DNA of 64,000 nucleotides from Candidatus Poribacteria bacterium (lineage in GTDB: Bacteria > Poribacteria > WGA-4E > PCPOR2b), in assembly GCA_965218095.1 (NCBI GenBank), contig OZ244587.1, forward strand, positions 1,664,001 to 1,728,000, read 5' to 3'. The notes under the pieces were generated by a model that saw nothing but the letters and a program-made list of their open reading frames with translations, searched no databases and was not told where the DNA came from. A program made the translations under genes and the position numbers. This document shows, in pieces, positions 49,162 to 60,842 of this stretch (its first letter is position 1; each line of letters begins with the position of its first letter).

Positions 49162-51372
49162 ATGAAACGCTTAATCTTTTGTCTATTCACCATTCTCCTG
49201 ACTCATAATGTAGACGGGGTATCCTTGTCCCGCCCCGTTTCCGTTTCAGGGCAGGTGATTGATGCTGAAGCGGAAACTCCCCTTGTGGATGTCCATGTAT
49301 CCCTGTTACGCAAAGCAGAAGGCGCATCTGTGTTCCAAACCGATAGGACTGGACAGTTTCGGTTTGATGGAATTGCGGTGGGAACGTATACACTTCGATT
49401 CAATCACGTTGGCTATGAAACGTTAGATCAAGAAATCGTTGTCAAGGCGGACTCGACAACGATGGCAGTGAAATTGAAACGCAGTCCGCTCCAACTTGGA
49501 GAGATTGTTGTTACACCCGGTGACGAGGAGCACGCTCATTTTGAGAAAACCACCGACCTCAACCTTTCAGCGCAGCAGCTTGATCAGCAAATGGGAGTAA
49601 CCATAGCCGAGACGCTTAGCGGAGAGGTAGGGATCGCCCAGCGGACGATGGGGCGAGCAACCGCGCGTCCGGTCATCCGGGGCATGGGCGGTGATCGGCT
49701 GCTTATCCTCGAAAATGGCGGGCGCACCGGCGATAAATCAGCGTCCTCAGCAGATCACGCGGTTGCAATTGACCCAACCACCGCGACAAATATCGAGATT
49801 ACGCGCGGACCGGCGTCGCTAATTTATGGCTCAAGCACACTCGGCGGTGTCGTCAATGTCAAGCGCGAGACCATCCCGCAAACCCTGCCCCATCGTCCAA
49901 CGATGAATCTCACATTTCAGAGTGAGTCGGTCAATTCAGGGCTGACCGGAACGACAGAGCTGACGATTCCGATTGGTAACCTTGCGTGGAGGCTGGAGTT
50001 GAACCGCCGCCACACCGACGATACACATACCCCCATCGGTATTTTAGAAAACACGTCGCTATCGCAAACTAATTTTGCGACCGGTATCTCAATGGTCAAG
50101 GATTGGGGACACATTGGGATTTCAGGCGGTAATTACCGTTCAGATTACGGGATTCCCGGTTCGCCGGAAGGACACATCCAAGGCGTCACTATCGACCTCG
50201 ACCGCCAACGGTATGAAGGTAATTTTGAGTATGGGTTTCAGCAGTCGTTTCTTGAGAAACTGAAACTGCACTCGACCTACACACGCTATCAGCATCAGGA
50301 GATTGAATCAAACAGCACGCTCGGTGTTGAGTTCGGCCTATTGACATACAACGCGTCCGCATTGGCTTATCTGCACGGCGATGCAGTTGCCGGGGTTTGG
50401 GGCGAGTACCGTGACCATGCGACGGGCGGGTTTTACTGGACGCCGCACACGCGGGAGATGTCCTTGGCGGGTTTCTATTTCAAACAGAAGCGGCTCAACG
50501 CCTCCTTTACGTTACAAGGTGCAATTCGCTACAACATCAGACGGGTTGAGCCATTTGTGGAAGGTGCTGTCATCCGCGCAGGAACGGTGCAACGACGGGA
50601 CTTCGGCGGCATGTCGAGTGCGGTTTCGAGTATCTATCATTGGAACGACAACTTGGGAACTGGTGCTACCTTGATGAAGACGTTTCGCACACCGGGAATC
50701 GAGGAACTCTTTTCAGATGGTCCGCATCTCGCAGCCTACTCCTACGAAATTGGTAATGCCGAACTCGGTTCGGAGGATGGCTTCGGGACAGAGGCATTTC
50801 TGCGCTATGCTGCCGAGCGCGTGAAACTAAATCTCACCGTTTTTCGCAACCAGATTTACAGTTATCTGATTCCGACCAACACAGGCGAAAAGGAGTGGGG
50901 GAGTGGTGCGGCGGGGTGGCTGTGGATATATCAATACCGGGGACAAGAAGCCATCCTTGACGGAGCCGAATTTAGCATTGACACTGAAATCGTCCCACGA
51001 TTTCAGGCACAGGTGCGCATGAGTTACGTCAAAGGGACTTTGACAACCAGTGGATCACCGCTTGAACGCATCCCGCCGCTCAACGGAAAAGTGGCGCTGC
51101 GATACGTAACGCAGCCGCTAAACTTTCACTTCACGGCGCGATTTTCAGACGACCAGCATCGGCTCGGCGAATTTGAAGAGGCGACCGACGGGTACATCGT
51201 CTACGATGTGGGCTTGCAGTTGGCGTTTCCGATGTGGCGACTTCAGCATCAGATGGTTGTCGCGGTCGAGAATATCTTCGACACCGAATACCGTCAGCAC
51301 CTTTCGAGAATCAAATCAGTAATGCCGGAGCCGGGACGGAACGTGAAATTTTTATATCGGCTGAATTTTTAA
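49162..51372 (+). CDS. TonB-dependent receptor, ZnuD-like metal uptake
   Basis: N-terminal extension, RPVIRGMGGDR, SADHAVAID, IEITRGPASLIYG, ENIFD, EPGRN, terminal F. Confidence 0.92.
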   Translation: MKRLIFCLFTILLTHNVDGVSLSRPVSVSGQVIDAEAETPLVDVHVSLLRKAEGASVFQTDRTGQFRFDGIAVGTYTLRFNHVGYETLDQEIVVKADSTTMAVKLKRSPLQLGEIVVTPGDEEHAHFEKTTDLNLSAQQLDQQMGVTIAETLSGEVGIAQRTMGRATARPVIRGMGGDRLLILENGGRTGDKSASSADHAVAIDPTTATNIEITRGPASLIYGSSTLGGVVNVKRETIPQTLPHRPTMNLTFQSESVNSGLTGTTELTIPIGNLAWRLELNRRHTDDTHTPIGILENTSLSQTNFATGISMVKDWGHIGISGGNYRSDYGIPGSPEGHIQGVTIDLDRQRYEGNFEYGFQQSFLEKLKLHSTYTRYQHQEIESNSTLGVEFGLLTYNASALAYLHGDAVAGVWGEYRDHATGGFYWTPHTREMSLAGFYFKQKRLNASFTLQGAIRYNIRRVEPFVEGAVIRAGTVQRRDFGGMSSAVSSIYHWNDNLGTGATLMKTFRTPGIEELFSDGPHLAAYSYEIGNAELGSEDGFGTEAFLRYAAERVKLNLTVFRNQIYSYLIPTNTGEKEWGSGAAGWLWIYQYRGQEAILDGAEFSIDTEIVPRFQAQVRMSYVKGTLTTSGSPLERIPPLNGKVALRYVTQPLNFHFTARFSDDQHRLGEFEEATDGYIVYDVGLQLAFPMWRLQHQMVVAVENIFDTEYRQHLSRIKSVMPEPGRNVKFLYRLNF

Positions 51373-51404
51373 AGGTTGGCAATGAAAGTCGGGAGAACGT
51401 CAGA

Positions 51405-51878
51405 TCAGTCAACACGGAATTTCTGCTCCACACCGTTGACAACAACTTTATAATCACCCGCCGGGAAAGTCCCAATAAAAACCTGCTCTTGATACTCCGT
51501 TACGACCGTCGCGCAAACACTATCTTTCGGACGTTTGGTTGTCATCTGGATGGTGATAGTGTTTCCTTCCCGCGCTTGATGTGTCTCATGGTGTACGGTA
51601 CAACTATCCGGTAGATACCCAATGACCTCAACGGTAACTTGAACGGGTTTACTCTCCGTGATTAGTAGTTCAATCTCTTTGATGGACAGATCTGCAATAA
51701 TCCACTGATCACCAACAACATCACTGTCTCTGTTCGATGGTTCACCGGTATCTGGTGGTTCACTGGTATCATTGAGCATATCATCAATGACGTTCGAGCA
51801 ACCGATGCAATATATCATGCTGATGATTGTGACAAACTGCATGATACGATGAAGCAGTTGGAAAGGAGTTGTTTTCAT
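51405..51878 (-). CDS. Hypothetical lipoprotein
   Basis: Lipobox CIGC; ESKPVQV, GYLPDSC, GDYKVVVNG. Confidence 0.7.
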   Translation of the reverse strand: MKTTPFQLLHRIMQFVTIISMIYCIGCSNVIDDMLNDTSEPPDTGEPSNRDSDVVGDQWIIADLSIKEIELLITESKPVQVTVEVIGYLPDSCTVHHETHQAREGNTITIQMTTKRPKDSVCATVVTEYQEQVFIGTFPAGDYKVVVNGVEQKFRVD

Positions 51879-52273
51879 GATGAATCCTTTCGATATGTGA
51901 GCGGTGCATTTGGGTTTACACTTAGAATACATCATTAGAAGCGGAATGTCAATAGATTAAAGTGAAAACACCGGCGCATTGTGCAAAGCATCGGTTTCAG
52001 AAACGGCGACATTGCATTATTGCCCACCTTTCCAAAAGTTCATCAAACTTGTTGATTAAAGAAATCTGCTAGATTACAATTGGCCAAAACGAGTTGATTC
52101 AAACAGAGCAAAGGTTAAAAATCAAATTGGAATTATATAATTCCGAAACCGCGGATGATTCCCAGGTCCGCCGGGGATTAGTATCAAGTATAAAGTGGGT
52201 TGTATTACGTTGAACTACGAATCAACCCAAAATGCTTATCCCTGAGTCAATCGGGGCAAATGAGAATCAATCG

Positions 52274-52657
52274 ATGAAAACCGAAGCACTTCGTTTGACT
52301 CTTTTCGTGTGGATTTGCCTCTGCTTCTCCACGCTCAACCGGGTTTCTGTTTCCCAAAATTATCAGGATTATCAGACGTGGAATTTACCCGACGATGCGA
52401 TTGCCCGCTTGGGAAAAGAGGACATTAGTCAAGGCGACAGAGTGGTCGCCTTTTCGCCCGATGGGAGACGCCTCGGTGTAGCAAGTACCATTGGCGTCTG
52501 GCTTTATAACGTGAAGACGACTCGTGAAGTCGCGCTCCCCACCGGGCATTCGGGTTGGATGCACGCTGTGGCATTCTCGCCCGATGGCACAAAACTCGCT
52601 TCGGGGTCATTCGAGGGGACGGTTCTGGTATGGAATCTGGAACCGGCTGATCACTGA
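52274..52657 (+). pseudogene. Internally deleted secreted WD40 protein
   Basis: WNLPDDAIARLGK, VAFSPDG twice, GTVLVWN; only about two blades. Confidence 0.65.
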
Positions 52658-52735
52658 GTCTGCGATGCCGGAGGGTAGGCTCCAAACGGTGCGGGTGGGG
52701 TGAGCGTTTTTTCGGTGAGTTAATGTCGTTGAATG

Positions 52736-53812
52736 TTACCACAATGTGAAAGCATATTGCCAACCGGCAACGAACCCCTAGTCAAGCTCCATTTGAGGAC
52801 CGTCTAGGTGCTGATAGACCGGAACCCAGAGCTCGAGTGCGAAACGTTGTCCTGCTAAAAAACCACCGAGCCGGTCAGGGAAGATTAAGTTGGTACCCGC
52901 GAGAAGGCTTCCACATGTGCCGCCGCGAAGATGCGGAGCCATTGTGGGGGCCATTTCCGGCTTGAGGGCTTCATCGCTTCCGGCTATATTTCCCCAATTT
53001 TCAAAAAGTGCGCGAACTGAAACGCTAACCCAGTCGTTCAAGCGGCGCGCACCCCATATCGTCGACGCAGTGGCTGGGCCGAGACGGTAGCCTCGGCTGT
53101 TTTCATTCAATGGGACCGCTGCGCGCGTTTGGCCTCCAAAAGACCAATTGCCTAGCGTTGCGGTAAACGTTACGCTTGGCATCAGCTCAAAAGAGCCGGA
53201 GCCTAATTGCATGGGGTACGGTAGGAGACCGTTTTTACCCGCCTCCTCAATGGAGCCTGTGGGAATAGAGAACCCGGCATTGAAGATGAAGGCCGCATCT
53301 TGTGTCCGGAGAAGGGGAATCAGGGCGGAAAGTTTTAAATCACTTAGCCCGGCACTTTCCATCTCATGAGGTCCGACCGGATGGTCGTGGTCTCCATGAG
53401 CATGCGTGTGTGTTGCATCTCCTTCCATTTTCATGAAATTGTTCCGATAGCTCGTCATGGTCATGAGGGTGATGCGGTTATGTGGTGCGAACATCACCCC
53501 GAACATGTGCATCTGCATGCTCATGTGAGTGGGAGTTATCGCAAATTCTTCTAGGACCTCATCTGATGAGATTGGCTCGGTACCGACTCTGAGTCCATCC
53601 ATTCCCATCCCCATAAAACGGTATGACAACATCCATTCACCCTTTTCATGGGTATGGTCGCCCATAACCCCTAGGGGTGCATGACTGTCAGGACGAGTTG
53701 ATTCTTGTTCGGATCCAGCGGTTTCTCCATTTGCCAGAACCGTTGAAACGTCTGTGTTCGTCAACACGAATAACACCGATAGTATGATTGAACATTGTGT
53801 GAGTATCTTCAT
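52736..53812 (-). pseudogene. His-rich outer-membrane transporter/porin-like protein with premature TAG at 52778
   Basis: RPDSHAPLGVMGDHTH, HTHAHGDHDH, LPYPMQLGSG; frame continues past TAG as GFVAGWQYAFTLW. Confidence 0.75.
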
Positions 53813-54346
53813 TGGACTGCTCCTTTTTGTGGGTTTATGCAATTTCCTAACTTACCTTTCGCATTATTTCGGAACAGTTTTTCTAATTTTTAGATCCAGT
53901 CGTAGCAAGGGTTCCCAACAGCCTGATTCGATGGATTGCCACATCACTGCAAAGGTCGTGTTTCTCAAGTGAAACGGCCGATTATTAGATCTGTGCTACG
54001 TGCGGGTTCGTACTCCGAAATTAAAAAAACTTCCTCGGGATTACGCGAAAGGTAGGTTTAAAGATGGAACCGACCTCGAATTGACAACCAATGGCAGCAA
54101 CTTTCTGTTTGCTGGCGGTCCATGGCAGACATGTATTGATAAACAAGATTATATCTAGTTTTCATCTGCATTCGCAACAGCTATCATTGATTTAGTCAAA
54201 GCCTTGGGTTTGTCATTGGGCAGCCCTGCAGGTATGTATTGTCCCGGTGATAATACCCGCTTTGACAAAGCTTTCCCCTAGTGCTGTGCACCCCAAACCC
54301 AAATTAACTAAAAACCCTTTCCCTTCCTTTCAAACTTGATACTCTC

Positions 54347-55429
54347 TCAAGCCAACTCCCAACCATACTCCCTTGCGGCGACATAAGGAAGTTGTCCGCT
54401 CTTGAGCATTAACTCAAGTGGCGACTCCTTTTGGGTTAGCGGAAACGAGACCTTCGCTCGCCCAAGTCGTTCCGATTCGTAGGCGGCAAGGCACATCTCC
54501 AGAGCCGCTCGACCATCGTATCCGCTGGAGGGTAGCTCCTCCTGATCCGCGTCGAGACAGGCGACCATCTCCCACGCTCCTTCGCTCGGTGGATTTCCCG
54601 TCGCTTCACCAATGATCTCGCTTCCTACCGCCTCAATTTGCTCTCCTTCGCGGAAATCTCCCAAACCACCGTCTTTCCTCCAGAGCCGGATCAGCGGTTG
54701 CCAGCCACGATGCGGACGAATCTCTATCTTGCCTTCGCTTCCCTCAAGGAACAAGCACCCGTCCAGCCGGTAATTCCAGTGCCCCCCACTTTGGAACAAG
54801 GCAGTTGTACCGCTTTTGAGACCGAAGAAACTCGTGACCCTCTCACGTTCATTACTTCGATTGACAGTCGCGATCACCCACTCGGCATCCCCGCCGAAAA
54901 AGCGAATGGCGTCACAACTGTGTGTGCCGTTGTGCAGGAGTGTGCTTGTATCACCGTAGTTCTGCACCTCGATGTGTAAGAGATCCCCAATCTCGCCTGC
55001 GTCGACCATCTGTTTGACACGACGCCAGTTTGGTTCAAACCGCATTGTGTGGTCAATTGCCAGTTTGGCGCCAGACCGCTCACACGCTTCGATGACCCGA
55101 TCCGCGTCCCCCATGCTCAACGCCATCGGCTTTTCGCAGAGAATCGCTCTGACGCCAGCCTCCGCTGCCGCGATCGTCGGCTCGACATGCTCGCGGTTGT
55201 GTGTTGTCACACCGATGATGTCGAGCACTTCTTTAGATAGCATTTCGTGCATGTCCGTGTACACCGCTGGAATCCCCCACTTCTCGACGAATCCTCTCAC
55301 CTTCTCTTCAATGATGTCGCAAGCAGCGACAATCTCCACGCGATCGTGGAGCTGCTGAAACGCGGCAGCGTAGTTTCCACCGATGCTCCCACAACCGATA
55401 ATTCCGACACGGTACTTTGTTTTGGGCAT
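54347..55429 (-). CDS. Gfo/Idh/MocA oxidoreductase
   Basis: GIIGCGSIG, ILCEKPMA, HNGTH. Confidence 0.9.
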   Translation of the reverse strand: MPKTKYRVGIIGCGSIGGNYAAAFQQLHDRVEIVAACDIIEEKVRGFVEKWGIPAVYTDMHEMLSKEVLDIIGVTTHNREHVEPTIAAAEAGVRAILCEKPMALSMGDADRVIEACERSGAKLAIDHTMRFEPNWRRVKQMVDAGEIGDLLHIEVQNYGDTSTLLHNGTHSCDAIRFFGGDAEWVIATVNRSNERERVTSFFGLKSGTTALFQSGGHWNYRLDGCLFLEGSEGKIEIRPHRGWQPLIRLWRKDGGLGDFREGEQIEAVGSEIIGEATGNPPSEGAWEMVACLDADQEELPSSGYDGRAALEMCLAAYESERLGRAKVSFPLTQKESPLELMLKSGQLPYVAAREYGWELA

Positions 55430-55891
55430 CTCCCTTGTCCTCCTATCTCCCTTGTCCTCCTATTTGAGTGCCAGCCAAAAGAAAGTGGAGTTGATTCTCA
55501 ACTTTGCATAGCCCCGGTCGGTCGATGGTATTAAGCACGTTGTGCCGGACAAAAGGACTTTCCGTCCAGAGTAGTTTCGTTTTCGCCAGATCTTCAACGC
55601 AATTTCTACATTTTTAAGCGACCTCTATCAATTTCCCGCGTGATTTGAAACGCTATGAACAAGAGTGTTTCATACCGAAATTTTCGGACGAAGAGCGGAG
55701 TTCCGAAATTTGATTGGCATTCGGTTGATCCAAAATGGTAGAATTGAAGCCATTCGGGTGCGAAATCGGCGTGGGCGAGGTCCCACCCGACACCCATAAC
55801 AACGGGCAAGGCCGTTGATGTGCTGAATTTGCTGACCTGAGCAGGTTCGCATAGATTGCAGTAAATCGCCAAAAGACAGGAGCTGAGTTCT

Positions 55892-56923
55892 ATGATGAAA
55901 ACCAATAAGAGCTGCTGCGTCGTCTTTGTCTCGCTTACCGGAGACCAACAAATCAAACTTTACGACCTGGACCCCAATTCGGGCGCACTACAACTGCGGT
56001 CGACCAGCAACGCCCATGGCCCCTCAGGTGCCCTCTGTCTGCACCCATCAAAAAAGGTGGTGCTAGCAGCCCATGTGGGGTCAACGACGTTGGCCAGTTT
56101 TCGTCTCGACGTAAACTCAGGTGAGCTTACGCTCATCAACAGGGTGGACACGGGCATCGGCATTCCGGCCCATCTAATCACTGATGGCAGAGGTCGCTTT
56201 CTGCTCACCGCGTACTACGGTGGGGGCGGTGTGACCGTGCATCGGCTGGGCGATGATGGCGCTATCGAACAACTCGTGCAGTATATCAATACCGGCGAGA
56301 AGGCCCACGCCATTCTCTTGGCAGCCGCAGATCGCTTCGTCTTTGTACCACATGTTTGTCCAACCAACAAGACCTGTCAATTTCGCTTTGATAGCGAGTC
56401 TGGCCTGCTAGTGTCCAATGACCCCGCCGAACTTTCACCACCCACTGAACAAACCGGCCCTCGCCATATCTGTTTTAGGCCCCAAGGAGATGTGGCCTAC
56501 ATCGTCAACGAACAGGGGAACACGGTGACTGCCCACCGCTTCGACGCAGAACACGGCACGCTTGAGATCTTCCAAAATATCTCGACCTTGCCATTGGATT
56601 ATACAGAAGGCGGGGCCACGGCCCATGTGGAAGTGCATCCGAACGGCAAGTGGGTTTATGCGTCCAATCGTGGTCACGACAGCATTGTCGGGTTCAATAT
56701 CGACCCAGGCGGCGCGCTCAACCCGTTTGGGCACGTTTCGGTCCCGGCGAGTCCGCGGTCATTCAATATTGATCCGACCGGTGAATATTTGTACTGCGCT
56801 GGGGAGGCTGCCAACATAATGACTTGCTATCGTGTGGATACGGCAAGCGGCGAGTTGCATGCGTTGGCAGACTACGCCGTTGGTAAGCAGCCGTTCTGGG
56901 TTATGGCGACCCCACTGGGTTAG
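55892..56923 (+). CDS. 6-phosphogluconolactonase-family beta-propeller lactonase
   Basis: KAHAI, GPRHICF, VYASNRGHDSI, PRSFNIDP. Confidence 0.9.
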   Translation: MMKTNKSCCVVFVSLTGDQQIKLYDLDPNSGALQLRSTSNAHGPSGALCLHPSKKVVLAAHVGSTTLASFRLDVNSGELTLINRVDTGIGIPAHLITDGRGRFLLTAYYGGGGVTVHRLGDDGAIEQLVQYINTGEKAHAILLAAADRFVFVPHVCPTNKTCQFRFDSESGLLVSNDPAELSPPTEQTGPRHICFRPQGDVAYIVNEQGNTVTAHRFDAEHGTLEIFQNISTLPLDYTEGGATAHVEVHPNGKWVYASNRGHDSIVGFNIDPGGALNPFGHVSVPASPRSFNIDPTGEYLYCAGEAANIMTCYRVDTASGELHALADYAVGKQPFWVMATPLG

Positions 56924-56987
56924 GTCCGCTCAGGCTTGCGACCCAAAGTGTCCATCGGATCGAACGAAGATTTTCTTCGTATATATC

Positions 56988-57125
56988 AGGACTTACGCAT
57001 TTTAAGGTTGCAGGTTCGCCTCAAATCCTTGCTGTCTCTTGAATCTTGAATCCAACACTGACACAAGATACATGAGGCCAGATACAGAAAACATGTAGAT
57101 TTCTTATCGTAACTGCGTAAGTCCT
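56988..57125. mobile_element. MITE
   Basis: Perfect 12-bp TIR AGGACTTACGCA / TGCGTAAGTCCT in ATATA context. Confidence 0.75.
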
Positions 57126-57200
57126 ATATATTTTCACACGAATGGGTGCAGCACACTGATGTGCCTTGCCGCTTGAGGTCAGCCATGCGTGTCATCCGAA

Positions 57201-58915
57201 CTATCCAGGCGTCACGTACGACAAGTCCCAATCGCCGAGTTTACGTAGATCCATGCGTGAGCCCGACAAGTCGGACTCACCCGACGCCCGCCACGCGTCG
57301 ATCTCGTCACGATGTCCCAGCCGCCGTAGCGCGTTCCACATGGCGCGACAGTTAGCGCGCCCCGAGCCCCCGGCGCAATCCCAAAAGAACATGTGCTCGA
57401 CGCCGGCGCTATAGACGGTCGCCGCACGGCGCCGAAACGCATCCGGGGTCATGTGGCGCAGCATGAGATTCGGGGCCAGAATGCATGACGTTCCGCGAAC
57501 TAGTTCAACGAAGAACTCAAGTTGCTTCGGATCGGTCCAGGCCATCGTGTTGCTGTCATAGTTCGCCCCCGACGTATAGGGGATAAGCGTGTCCACCAAA
57601 GCTTCGCCCACCCATACCGCCAGGTCCATCCCGTTGACCAGATTCTCCTGCCCGGTACCACCCACGACCGCTGATACCTCGATACGCTTGGCCCGCCCCT
57701 GTGTGTGTGTCTCCTGGTCCATCGCGTCGCGAACCTCTCGCATGAACGTCGTCAGAACGCCCACCCGATACGACAGCCAACGCGGATCATGCACGTCTAG
57801 TTCGCGCGGATTGTCGCCGAACTCTTGCTTGAATCCCGCGACGACTGGCGGCTCGTACTCCACCAACGGCATTCGGCGGTTGTAGAGCAAGCAGACGCCG
57901 TCGATCGGCCGCTGGGCCATCTCGCGAAGTAGCGAGATGACGAACTAGCGGACCTCCAGAAAACTGTAGGCCATTCGCGGCGTGCACCGGCCGGCCCGGT
58001 CCTCGCACCGCCACTCTGGATGCGCCTTGTAGAAGGTATCTCCCGAATTCGAATGGTTAAGTAGCGGTGGGTAATGAAAACCGGCTACCCGATAGCAAGC
58101 GTGAAACTGGAGTCCGATCTCGTGCGCATACTCAAGCGCAACATCGAATGGATCGATCGTCTGTTGCCGGAACTCGCGCCAGCTTTCGACGTGTAAACGG
58201 TCTCCGCGACGGCCGAAATCGGTGACATCAAGCGTGTGCCTCCGCCCAATCTGACTGAAATATGAGGTCTGGTTGCCACCACCCGCTTCCCAGTACATGC
58301 GCGAGAAATCTGTGTCACGATATGGCTCGATCTCGCGCCGAACGTGCTCAGGAGTGGTCAAACGGTACTGGTAGTGTGGCCCGCGGGCGTCGTTGTGAGC
58401 AAACAATCGCCGGGTGTCGGACTGCTGATTGTCTGCTTGAAAGACACGGGCCTCTGCATCTGTCAGCGGCACAACCTTGAGGTAAGCCACCCGTGCCGGC
58501 GAGCACTCGAACGAGCCAGCGGCGCCACCCGGGCGCAGATCTGCCCAATGTTCAAATCATGACCCGTCAGGTCGGTGATCCGCCAGAACATCTCGACGAT
58601 CTGCTGACCATGATGCCCACCGCCGCTTTGCGGCGGCAGCGAGACCACCGTGAAGGTCTCGTCTCCACTGCGCTTGAGGAGAACCACTAGAGCTGGTGAC
58701 CTTCCTCGGGAAATTGGCAAGACCCCAATAGACACCGCGTGCAGACCGCGAACGCCTAACAGATAGGTGATAGTGGGGGCCGCCGTCTCCGGCCCGGCCA
58801 GCAACATCACGCCGGATAGCGCGTCTGCAGGCGTGCAGCGATCCAAATCCGTCCGATAGTTAGGCTGTCCGCTCAACCAACCATCACCAATTCGGTCGAT
58901 CGTTTCAGTTGCCAT
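57201..58915 (-). pseudogene. GHL10/DUF187-like glycoside hydrolase, disrupted
   Basis: YAHEIGLQFHACYR, FYKAHPEWR, IDGVCL; in-frame TAG at 57945 and frameshift near 58490. Confidence 0.75.
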
Positions 58916-59067
58916 TTACAGCCTCCTTGCAGCTTTTTTGTTCTTTTCAAACTTAAAACGACTTGATTATTGTAGTACAAAGGGTAAGTCAAGTCAAGAA
59001 TAAATTCAGTTGTAGTTCATGAATGAATGGCGCGGACTTAAGGACACATGAAATGCCGTAACCCCCT

Positions 59068-59922
59068 CTATCACTGGGCTGGTTCAATCTCAACGGAAGA
59101 ACAGAGAGACGTGATGGAACCTTCAGGTAGTCGGCCGTTCCCTTGATGAGGCGATAAGAAGTTCGATAATGTACAGCGGGCGACTGACGCCTTCGCCGCG
59201 GTGGGATGTGCCGGAGTCGGATCCGGTCTGGACCGAGTTTGCCGACAAGGGATGGACGCATTTCGCGCGGTCCCAAGACGGCGGCGTGACGTGACACTAC
59301 ATGTATGCGGTCGACAAAGGTGAAGCCCGCACGTGCAAGGCCTCGGGCAGGTCAAGACGCTGACAGACGACATTGCCACAGCCACGTTCTGTATGACCGA
59401 CGAGTATCATATCGATCACATCTGGCGGTCCACCGACAGCGGTAAGTCCTTCAATCTGAGCAATCCCATCACCCATCACTCGGCCGAGACCCATATCAAG
59501 CAACTTCCATCCGGCTGGTTGTTGGGCGTGGTCCGTACAGTTTACCCACAATACGAAGATTCGCGGAACAAGCGCACGACCATGATCGCCTCCGACGATA
59601 ACGGCTAAACGGCTACACTTGGAGCGACCGTGTGATGCTCACGACCGAACTCGGAGACTGCCCAGGCGAGTTCATTTCCCTGCCCGATGGTCGGGTAGTT
59701 TTTCTGAAGTGGTACACACCGGCCGCCATCGTGGCCAGAGTTTCGCATGATGAGGGCCGAACCTGGAACGGGCCAATCTACCTAGTGCGCCAGATAGAGG
59801 GCGAGAACTCTGGCGTCTATCCGTCCAGTATGGTGATGGACGACGGGACGATTCTGACCATTTCGTCGACGCACGAGGGCACGCCGCTTCAGGCCATACG
59901 ATGGAAATTGCCGCCTTTGTAG
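59068..59922 (+). pseudogene. Decayed BNR/sialidase-like gene
   Basis: Asp-boxes SQDGGVT, STDSGKSF, SDDNG, SHDEGRTW split by stops; GVYPSS. Confidence 0.7.
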
Positions 59923-59979
59923 TGCTCGACTTCGCCGTAGCAGCGCCGGTCACCTGGGGCCGCTAGTCGACACGAGGAG

Positions 59980-60147
59980 GTGATGCGGTTTGTTAGCGAA
60001 GGGACGGCTGTTGGCGTTGTGGATATTGACGCGGCAAGTGCGGAGGCAGTCGCCAATGAGATCGGCAAAGCGGGCGGGAAAGCAAAGGCAGTTATCGGCG
60101 ATCTGCTGCAAGACGAAGATGTCATTCGGGTAGTCGAGGCCGTGTGA
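59980..60147 (+). pseudogene. Short-chain dehydrogenase fragment
   Basis: EGTAVGVVDIDAASAEAVANEIGKAGGKAKAVIGDL. Confidence 0.55.
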
Positions 60148-60247
60148 ATTCGGTCTGTCCGGAGCCAATCGAGACGCCAATGCTGAAGATCTTCATGGCC
60201 CGTCCAGACCAGCAGACCGACCCAGAGGCGAATCTGGAGATGATGGG

Positions 60248-60394
60248 TTACCCTCGGTCGGACGGGTCAGCCCAACGAGGGAGCGCGTTTGGTATAATTA
60301 AATAGCCTTTTTCCCACAGCGTGGCTTCCCACTCGGCAAGTTGCGCTTCATCCGGTTTTTCTTTGTTGAACTCAGGAATATCAACAATAGGCAT
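60248..60394 (-). pseudogene. PhyH-like N-terminal fragment
   Basis: AAGGAG RBS; MPIVDIPEF...LWEKGYLIIPNAL then early stop. Confidence 0.5.
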
Positions 60395-60585
60395 AAAGCC
60401 TCTCCTTCAATTAGAAATTCTTGACAAGGCGCTCAACTCTGACTTTTGTTTCAACCTTCTTCAGATATCGCAAAAATGCCTCGATTTTCCGATCTTCTAA
60501 CGAATTGCAATAAATTCCCTCACGTCAGGTTGGTAAAGTTTATCACAGATCTGCGGTAGAGAGCAGCCCAAAAGTGAGGGTTGTG

Positions 60586-60616
60586 CTTGACATAAACCGA
60601 AAATTTGTGTAAAATA
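60586..60616 (+). promoter_or_regulatory. Consensus-like sigma70 promoter
   Basis: TTGACA-17 bp-TAAAAT with TG extension. Confidence 0.65.
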
Positions 60617-60842
60617 TTTAAATAGTTGAAGGTTGTTCTATTAACCCATCGCGGGGCAGCGAGAGTGAAGGAACAGTTTTGGTTTGCAAAGCCCCTTTCC
60701 ATTTTTCAGCCAACCATTGTTTCCTGCCAAGCCCCCTGCCATTTGAACGACATCGTATCAGCCGGCTTTCCCGTTATCTTAGATTATTCTACCAACAACC
60801 TACAAGCCTACTGCTCCGTCAAGTTGAATCTGATGATAAATC

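Noticed and set aside
53950-54280. Possible coding remnant between the transporter and oxidoreductase genes
   Set aside because: Interrupted by stops with no recognisable motif; cannot assign
25238-57947. Several in-frame TAG stops (25238, 31572, 52778, 57945) suggesting amber recoding
   Set aside because: Intact genes here end in TAG (for example 4309, 18048, 47681, 56923), most of these genes carry other lesions, and single-base changes explain the stops
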